From NCBI RefSeq assembly GCF_006345805.1, contig NC_043000.1, positions 131,998,001-132,062,000 on the forward strand: a DNA stretch of 64,000 nt. The letters are read 5' to 3'. This DNA is from Octopus sinensis (lineage: Eukaryota). The position numbers were made by a program, and so were the translations under genes. Under the pieces are notes generated by a model. The model made no database searches and was not told the DNA's origin. It worked only from the letters and a program-made list of their open reading frames with translations. Positions 55,287-64,000 of the stretch are shown piece after piece (the first letter of the stretch is position 1; each line of letters starts with the position of its first letter).

Positions 55287-55625
55287 CAACAAACATGAGA
55301 CAGAAAAGCAGAGAACAAGAGAACAAGAAGAAGAGAAGCAGAGAACAATATACAGAAAACAAGTAAGACAGGAAATGTGAGAATAAGGGAAAGAAGCCCT
55401 GAAAAGGAGTGAGAAAGAAAGAGAATGGGAGGGAGAGAAAAAGAGAGAGGTAGAGAGAAAGAGCAAGACAGCGTATAGAGGGAGAGAAAAAGAGAGAAGT
55501 AGAGAGAAAGAGAGAGAGGTATGTAGAAAGAGCAAGACAGCTTATAGAGGGAGAAAGAGAAAGAGCAAAAAAGAAAGAGTGATAGATAAAGAGAGTGGAG
55601 TATCATACAGAGAAAATGAAAAGAG
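55105..55625. repeat. Purine-rich (GA/GATA) low-complexity tract
   Basis: Directly visible. Confidence 0.85.
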
Positions 55626-55670
55626 GGGGAATGAGTGTATCAAGAAGATAAACAGGTAGATTAAATTAAG

Positions 55671-55924
<254 letters not shown>

Positions 55925-56196
55925 ATACATATATATATATATTTGATGATGGTGATGGTGAGATATATGTGTGTGTGTGTATGTAGGTATATAATGCACA
56001 TAAACAAGCTCTGTGTTGCCAAGTTCTCTCTGTGAAACTATAAGTTAAAAGAGGATGTAGTAAACGATGAACATATATGTATCTGCTTATTTGTCTCCAC
56101 AGTACATATACACATTCACACACACAAATACACGCACATACAAACAAATAAAATGTATATATACATATTATACATATCTATCTATCTATCTATCTA

Positions 56197-56236
<40 letters not shown>

Positions 56237-56531
56237 TATTTATTCACACAAATATGCAACCAAAGAGTTTAAAGTACCAGTAATGATAAGGCTATTGACT
56301 GGGAGAATGGTTTTATCGATCACGTTCTCACCTGGAATCGATTTTTGTAATATTTTCAAGACTTATACATGCCCTGATACCGTCAGTATCTACATATCAA
56401 ATTTGAGCACAATCGGATGGAGGATGCCTGAGATCCTAGAAGATACATAGACAGACAGAACAGATTTTATATAATAGATATTTGTCCAACCCATGTCAGC
56501 ATGGAAAGCGGACGTTAAATGATGATGATGA

Positions 56532-56582
<51 letters not shown>

Positions 56583-57650
56583 CGACAGGCTTCTTTCAGT
56601 TTCCATCTACCAAATCCACTCACAAATCTTTGGTGGGCCCAAGGCTATAGTAGAAGACACTTGCCCAAGGTGCCACGCAATGGGATTGAACCTGGAACCA
56701 TGTGGTTGGGAAGCAAGGTTCTTATCATACACAATATATATATAAAACTGTGTTAAGAAACTTACTCTCCAGCCTTGTGGCTTTGGGTTCAGTTCTACAG
56801 TGTGCCACTTTGGGAAAATATCTTTAGTCACCCTGGGGCTGACTAAAGCCTTGTGAGTAGATTTGGCAGACAGGAACTTAAAGAAACCCATCATACATAC
56901 TATATACACACACACAAACATAAGTATGTGTGTGTTTTCTTGTCTTGATATTATGTGATGGTTTCTAAAGAAACATCACCATCACACAAGGAATGTCCTT
57001 CATTTTCAGTCTTCCAAGAAAAACATACCTGACCAGAGGGAAATAAAGCCTTGCTAGGAAATAGTTGAGGGCTGGTGACAGGAAAGGCATCCAACCATAG
57101 AAAATCTGAATCAACAAATTCCAGCTAAACGATAATGATAATGATGATGATGGGTTGCGCAGAATTTACTATAGGTAGAAGTTGTCCCTCTCTGCCTTAT
57201 TACATCTATTTCTTCCTACTTTACCTCTACCTTCAGCATTACTACTTGATATAATTTTTCATTTTCTCTTCCTACTTCCTCATAACAAATTTCCTTATTT
57301 TCCCATCACTTCTCTCTGTCTCTCTCTCTCTGATTCCTTTCCTTCCACATATGCACAATTCAACACCCTATCTTTCTCTGTTGCCCTATTTTCTGTTCTC
57401 AAATCAACTTCAACAATTTAAATTGCACACACACACACAATCAATTTTCATATGCCTTTCAGTGCTGTCAAGGGTTGAACAACCTATATTGAATTGTTAT
57501 TTCACTACTGTTCCCATTCCTGTTCCCAACCTTTTTAATAATTTCTTTTGAAAAGCAGAGACAGAGTGTATCTATTCTCAAACCAAGAAACTAGCTCTCT
57601 CTCTCTCTCATGCACACACACACACAATTTATGATTCAAATATTACTTAC

Positions 57651-57783
57651 TTATTTCACCTGGGTTGACAACCACATCAAGAGAAGCAACACACTCATAA
57701 TAACACTCTGGTGGAGGTTCAAGCTGCCACTTCTTGTGTCCAGTCACCTGAGCTTGCCAAGATGGGTCACCAACATTATCAAC
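57651..57783 (-). CDS. JmjC/cupin-like protein, exon (VDNVGDPSWQAQVTGHKKWQLEPPPECYYECVASLDVVVNPGEI)
   Basis: ttttgtctag|GTT ... A|gtaagt; 133 bp; in frame with the previous exon; WQAQxxGxKxWxL and PGE motifs typical of JmjC. Absent from the supplied ORF track. Confidence 0.88.
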
Positions 57784-58071
57784 CTAGACAAAAGAAAGGT
57801 TATGAAACATTAATTACCTTATACAGGCTCATTACCACCCAAAAGAAAAAAATATAATTAATTTGATTGACTGTAGTAATTGACTGGTGTACTTACTAAC
57901 TCCAAAACAATAGAACAAACTGTGGCCCAGTAAGATTAGAAACCAGAATGCAGAAGGATAGATCAAAATACTGAAAGGAATTTAGTCTGGTGCACTATTA
58001 GTTCTGACACTGCACCAATCCATACCAAAATCTTCCTTTTTCTGTTTTTGTTCTTTTTGCACCAAAATAAG

Positions 58072-58280
58072 GGGTTCCTGAAAAGTTCCTGGCTTTAGAT
58101 AAAAGAAAATACAGGAGAATCAGTTAATTATGATTTTATTCAACATATTCTCCTCTCAGATTTACACTTATTGCAGCAGTCCTTCAGTTTTTCAAAGCTC
58201 TGTAAAAGAACTCAGAAGGTTGGGCCTCCAGCCAGGCTTTTCATGATATCCTTAAAGCCAGGAACTTTTCAGCACCACTC
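58072..58280. mobile_element. Mariner-derived MITE
   Basis: Perfect 20-bp TIR CTGAAAAGTTCCTGGCTTTA (58078-58097 and 58253-58272); minus strand encodes KCVNLRGEYVE*. Confidence 0.8.
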
Positions 58281-59389
58281 ATGTAGTGTTTGTGGTTACT
58301 GTTTAGACTTAAGCGAGCTTTGATGGGAAGATCAAAGACATTCCAATCAGGACTATCTTGTCTTTCTGTACAGTTAGGACTACACTGCCCTTGATTTTAG
58401 GTTCAGTCAACATTACTTCAGGTTGACTAAAGCCTCAAGAGCAAAATTTAGCAGAAAGAAACAATAGTTAACAGTAGGAAGAGGAGTGTTGAACCATAAA
58501 AACCATTCAACAATAAAATCCATAGAAAAATGAATCTAAATCATTGAAAACTTATATCTCTCATCCCAAAGTTATGCTCCTTTGTTCTTGTTCCTATTAT
58601 TTTCCTTATTTTATTTTTGTAAATGTGTGTATTTTTGGCACTTTGCTTTACAGTTTGATTATAGTTTTATTTGTCATCACTGTGTGAAAAAACAGCATTC
58701 AACAAAATATATTGCAGTATTTAGTTGAATCATTTTACTTTCTGATTTCAAATCCAACTGGGGTCAATATATCTGTGTATACCAAGCCCTGCTGAAATTT
58801 GGGGTCTTGCATCTGTATTAAAGTTTACTATTTGCACAAAGAATTGCATGAAAATTTTTGACCTAATATTAATATAATTGGAAGAGGATGCTTCAAGTAA
58901 ATAGATGGGATAGTCAAGGAGGAAATGCATTTCATCATAGTTCTGCTCCATCAGGACTGACCTGGGGTTAAGCAATAACAATGACAATGGCAACATGAGT
59001 AGGTTTTTTTTCAGTACTTTTAGCCATCATTATGTGGTTAAGAACCTCACTTTGCAATCATGTAGTTTTGGGTTCAGTCCCAATGAACAGCTCCTTGATC
59101 AAGTGTCTTCTACTATAGCCCCAAGCTGCCAAAGACTTGTGAATGACTTTGGTGGATGGAAAGTGTATAGAAGCCCATTATATATATAGATATATATATA
59201 CACATACACATATATATATATATATACTAGCTGACGTACCCAGTAATTCCCAGGAAAGCAGGGCTTATCCCTTGGTTTCATTCTCATAATTGTTTCGCTA
59301 ATCCAATAACAACAATACAAAGTATGTAGCCCTTAAAATGGTTTTTGTGTATTTACAGAGAATACTAAACTGTCTTACACAGAATCTTA

Positions 59390-59775
59390 ATAATGAATAA
59401 TGAAATTATTGTATACAGTGCTCAGGTGCACCATAACTTGTCAAAAAGTGCATATAAAGTACATGCAGTAATGTAGAAATGTCTGGAAAGCGAACAATGT
59501 ATGAGTCAGATACATGCCTGTGTGTGTATGGAGGGGAGAAAATCAAGTGTAGTGTTGGCGAATCTCAGAAAGCATGGAAGTTTTGAAGGATGCAGTGCTC
59601 CGACAACTAACAACTGATGCCGGCAGTTTGTTCCATGCTTCAGCAACTCTCAGCGTGAAAAAATGTTTCCTGAAGTCATGGGAGCTGTGCTGTTTTCTTA
59701 CTTTGTAAATATGTCCACGGGTGTTAGATGGGTGGAGTTTGAAAAGGTGCTCAGAGTTATTGTTTGTACGATGGT
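59390..59775 (-). mobile_element. CR1/L2-like LINE 3' end
   Basis: Minus-strand translation NTRGHIYKVRKQHSSHDFRKHFFTLRVAEAWNKLPASVVSCRSTASFK is a typical CR1 C-terminus. Confidence 0.8.
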
Positions 59776-61089
59776 TGATAATTTTTTATTTTTTTTTAAT
59801 TTTTTTTTTTTTAGGAATTCCCAATCTTGTTTTTAGGAATTCCCAATAAGTTGTCAGTTATGTAATAACACGAAATTAGTTACCCGATAGTAAGAATTCA
59901 AATAAAGTAGCCCCAAATAGGGGCTAAAATGTATTCCCAGAGTATATAGAACACAAGAGGAAATACTAATAAGGTGTATATACTAAAACCGTGAAGCATG
60001 TTACATAACAACAGGCTAATCAGATATGAGATAATAACAATTCAAAGTAAATAGCTCTGAAAAGGGCTTTTGTGCATTCTCAGAGAATATTACCCTCAGG
60101 GGCGCTACTGTTGGTATAAGTGGATCTATTGTTTAGAAAAATACTATTTGCTTGTTTAGGGGTTGTACTGGATAAATTGGGAAAATAACTCTAACAGTTC
60201 AAATACTAAGAAATAAGCATACTCAATTTCATTTTTACCAAATAATACTGGTTTTAAATTTTGGGCACAAGGCCAGTAATTTCAGGGAAGCAGGTAGGAC
60301 TATTATATTGACACTAGTGCTTGACTGGTACTTATTTTATCAACTCCAAAAGGATGAAAAACAAAGTCGACCTCGGATGAAATGCTGCTAAGCATTTTGC
60401 CTGGTGTGCTAACAATTCTGTCAGTTCATCACCTTATATTGTTCTAAATTATTTCTGCCCTGCTTCTTGAATTCTTTCAGTGCTCTTTCCTTTCCTTCTT
60501 ATTGAAAAAATCAGTATAGTATAAACTACTGTTTAGTGCCCAGTGAGGGCTATCATCCTGATAAATAGCAAAAGAAAACAGTAATCAACATCACTCTTCG
60601 ATTTTACTACACTTTTGTCCTAACAACTGGAACAAAACAAAAATATTGTGATTGTGGTGTATGTCATGCTTGAATACTTACTAATTCAGTATTGATTTGT
60701 TAACAGAAATAAATCAATGATGATAAGGATGATGATGATCATGGTGGTGGTGGTGGTGGTGGTAGTTATGGTGGTGATAGTGTTGTAGTAGTGATAATGA
60801 TGATGATGACGATAATGACAGTGGTGGTGGTGGTGAAAGTGATAGTGTGGTAGCAGTGATGATGATGGTGGTGGGTGGGGGGTGGTGGTGGGGGGTGATG
60901 GCTGTGGTAGTGGTGGTGTCTGTGACAATGATGTTGGTGGTGGTAGTAGTGATGACATTGAAACAATATTAAATAGTTTCTCAGCCTTGACTGATAGAAA
61001 AGATTCTTTTTCAAAATACCAGCCTCCAAGACAAAGTGAGCAATGAGCTAAATCATTGCTTTGCATTATTTAGAATGTCAAAAAGCAGA

Positions 61090-61310
61090 GAGGTGGCAGA
61101 AATGTTAGCAAGCCAGGTGAAATGCTTAGCAATATTTCGTCTGTCTTTATGTTCTGAGTTCAAATTCCACTGAGGTCGACTTTGCCTTTCGTCCTTTTGG
61201 GATCGATAAATTAAGTACCAGTTGCATACTGGGGTCGATCTAATCAACTGCCCCATCCCCCAAAATTTCAGGCCTTGTGCCTAGAGTAGAAAAGATTATT
61301 TAGAATGTGA
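61090..61310 (+). mobile_element. Third SINE-like family (C)
   Basis: GAGTTCAAATTCC B-box-like motif and GATAAATTAAGTACCAG...CTGGGGTCGAT core; related pieces near 5440-5620, 11290-11430, 48270-48420 and 60250-60430. Confidence 0.6.
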
Positions 61311-61671
61311 AGGTGACAAAGATGTGGACAAATGAGTGAGCTAGTTAAACTCTGGGTGGGGGCTGTTCTTTTGTGAAGTACAAATAGAATATTTGCTTTT
61401 GTCTAGAAAACTCACTGAAGCATAGTTTTAAGTACTATTAATATAATCAGAGGTAAAACATAATGGTAAATATAAGATTTAAACTAATCACCAAGTCCTA
61501 AACAGAGCAACACATGAACCTCAGAGTCACTGTAATTGTTTATTTTAAAAGCATATTTCACATACCACAACAGATAAACATTTTAATGGATTTACTAAAC
61601 AGAATAGTGACTTTTTTATGAACCTTAGTTGAGGATTTAGTTGTGCACAAATCATCTAGTAAGTGTGTATG

Positions 61672-62071
61672 TATATAGGAGTGGCTGTGTGGTAAGTAGC
61701 TTGCTTACCAACCACATGGTTCCAGGTTCAGTCCCACTGCATGGCACTTTGGGCAAGTGTCTTCTACTATAGCCTTGAGCCGACCAAAGCCTTGTGAGTG
61801 GATTTGGTAGAGGGAAACTGAAAAAAGCCCGTCGTATGTATATGTATATATATGTGTATGTGTGTGTGTTTGTGCATCTGTGTTTGTCCCCCACGCATTG
61901 CTTGACAACCGATGCTGGTATGTTTACATCCCCATAAATTAGCGGTTCGGCAAAAGAGACTGATAGAACAAATACTAAGCTTTCAAAGAATAAGTCCTGG
62001 GGTCGATCAGCTCAGCTGAAGGTGGTGCTCCAGCATGGCCACAGTCTAATGACTGAAACAAGTAAAAGAGT
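61672..62071 (+). mobile_element. SINE family A, full-length
   Basis: Colinear with 3943-4330. Confidence 0.85.
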
Positions 62072-62671
62072 ATATATATATATATATATATATATATCAT
62101 CATCCTTCGCTTCTTCATCATGTTTTGACAGTTTGTTGTCTGTTCATCTGCTCGGCATCCAGTGATACTTGCCATTAATTCAATAAGTTCATTTGCTGAA
62201 ACAGTTCACATCCACTATGCTGCATCCTATGATTTCAATATATCTTGGTTTAGGTAGTTACATACTATTTAACCCTAACAAGTACTACTACTCTGAGTCA
62301 GAGCAGACCTGAGAACAATAGTGGCCAAGAGGTGGTTCCACACCCCTCAAAACCCTGGGACTCCCAAGAAAGGGCCCCACTAGATCTTGGCTATCTAGAT
62401 CTTGACACAGCAACAATGTTACTGAATTTTACTATTATGACAACCAAGCAAATTTTGGTCAAGAAAACAAGCAATCAAAAAAATTAATCACCTTTGTTAT
62501 CAAAGGTATATTTCAAAGTGTGGTATATTTAATAGTAACATCCCAATAATAGCAATAATAGGTGATTTGGTACAAAAGTGGAGTGCAAGGTAACATATGT
62601 TCAGGGATCTCATTTTCAGGAATATTTTTCAGGTTTCAAACTTTTTACACATTTTTTTCCATTTCAGACTC

Positions 62672-62890
62672 AACCCTTTTGATACCAGCCTGGCCAAAAT
62701 TGCCTCTGGCTCTGTAGTACAAATGTCTTGTTTTTATAAGTATTGAATTAAAATCTTCCACCAAACCTTAGTCACAATTTATGTTCCCAACACTAGCTTA
62801 ACTAAGTTCTTTTACTAAATTCTTTGTTATATTTAAAATTAATTGAATGAAACACAGAGCATCTCAAAATAAATATGGTAATGAAAGGGT
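62672..62890. mobile_element. TTAA-type MITE; partial reverse copy at 4330-4465
   Basis: AACCCTTTTGATACC ... GGTAATGAAAGGGTTAA; internal sequence shared with 4330-4465. Confidence 0.65.
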
Positions 62891-63026
62891 TAATACCAAT
62901 CAAATGCTTTATTGAATCAGCTATTTTCATAGTCTAGGTTTGTTTAAGCAAAGTTAACTGGGACCAATCAACATTAACATCCATGTGATATGAAGAAAAA
63001 ATTTTGAAATAGCAAAAAATACATAC

Positions 63027-63162
63027 ATGCATTTCAGCTCCATATCCAGGAGTTCCCATGAAGATCCAATCTGTTCTGCTAGATTCTGAAACTTCTGGAA
63101 GGAAGTACGGCTTGGAATAATGTTGACGTAATATCCCACCAGCCACAATATCACAGTTGCTC
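63027..63162 (-). CDS. JmjC/cupin-like protein, exon (SNCDIVAGGILRQHYSKPYFLPEVSESSRTDWIFMGTPGYGAEMH)
   Basis: Polypyrimidine tract ttcag|G ... CAT|gtatgt; 136 bp; PYFLP...DWIFMG..G.GA.MH resembles the JmjC beta-barrel start. Upstream exons were not found in the window. Confidence 0.85.
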
Positions 63163-63329
63163 CTGAAGAAATGAAAAAGGAAAAGAATTAAACAAAAATC
63201 AATCATTTCATAACCAAAACTCCAAACTGCACCAGCTGAAACAATGACTCACAACCACAGCCAAAAACAAAAATATAAATCTATAACGTATAAACAGCAA
63301 TTGCTCAATAACTTATTTGCCAGAGATCC

Positions 63330-63830
63330 TTAGTCAATCTATCACAGCAACAATGCAAAAGGCTCACTCAAAAATCTGTAAAAGACACCTGTACAAAAAA
63401 CTTGGGTTGAGGGCTTCTGGAGATCTGTATAAACAAAGGATGAATTCAGCAAACAAACTATGTGACTAAAAGAATTGGAGCAGGACAACAACCAACATGT
63501 CAAACAAAAGTAATATAAAATAGATAGTGAAATACTGGAAACAGTTCTACAGAGAATGTCAAAGAGGAAATCCCCAGGCTTAGACCCCATAACAGGTTAC
63601 TGGTTAAAAAGTTTCACTTTTATTGGTAACATCTCATAAGGTTGTACAGAGAAAGTATCAAGGGCACACAAGAACTTCCCCAGTGGTTATCAACTGCAAC
63701 TACCCCCCCCCCACAAATAGCCAAACCACTCAATGGCCAGCCAGAATATCAAGTACAAATTATACACTGGGTGCCTCAATCTGTTCTTGCAGAATCATTG
63801 TGCCACCAACATTATAACACTAGAGCAAGC
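63330..63830 (+). mobile_element. Degraded non-LTR RT fragment (R4/Dong-like by motif recall)
   Basis: RKSPGLDPITGYWLKSF...ELPQWLS resembles the KxPGxDxIxxFWxK pre-RT motif; frame breaks present. Confidence 0.5.
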
Positions 63831-64000
63831 TGGAGGAAAGAGGGAGGGGTGGGACTATATCTAAAAAAGGTTTATCTAAATTACTATCTCTATATATGTA
63901 CCGCATAGATATATCTATATATATATATATATATCAATACACACACACATGTATGTGTAATGTATTTTATATATGAGGGTGCATGACCTAGCGGTTAGGG

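Noticed and set aside
58748-58996. Possible alternative exon of the JmjC-like gene (cag|GTCAGTCCTGATGGAGCAGAACTATGA, VSPDGAEL*)
   Set aside because: The sequence resembles a dispersed repeat motif (similar CCCCAG..TGACCCTGAT.GAGCA at about 2485), and the true next exon is at 57783-57651.

Overview
AT-rich, repeat-dense eukaryotic DNA. The SINE/RTE repertoire resembles what I recall from Octopus genomes (inference). Two spliced genes converge tail-to-tail. On +, the last nine exons of ALG1 (chitobiosyldiphosphodolichol beta-1,4-mannosyltransferase) span 1376-11638. On -, the last three exons of an uncharacterised JmjC/cupin-like gene span 63162-43628, with an intact H-x-D...H triad. Between their 3' ends lies a 22.8-kb, nearly invariant tandem array (16155-38936, about 616 copies of a 37-bp unit). 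The unit is the 5' head, including the Pol III A-box-like motif, of a tRNA-derived SINE whose body continues left of the array, so this looks like a satellite born from one SINE copy. The rest is SINEs, RTE/CR1/R4-like LINE fragments, mariner and TTAA-type MITEs, and microsatellites. Nearly all ORFs in the supplied track are spurious or repeat-derived. Whether the array is real or an assembly artefact cannot be settled from the sequence alone.
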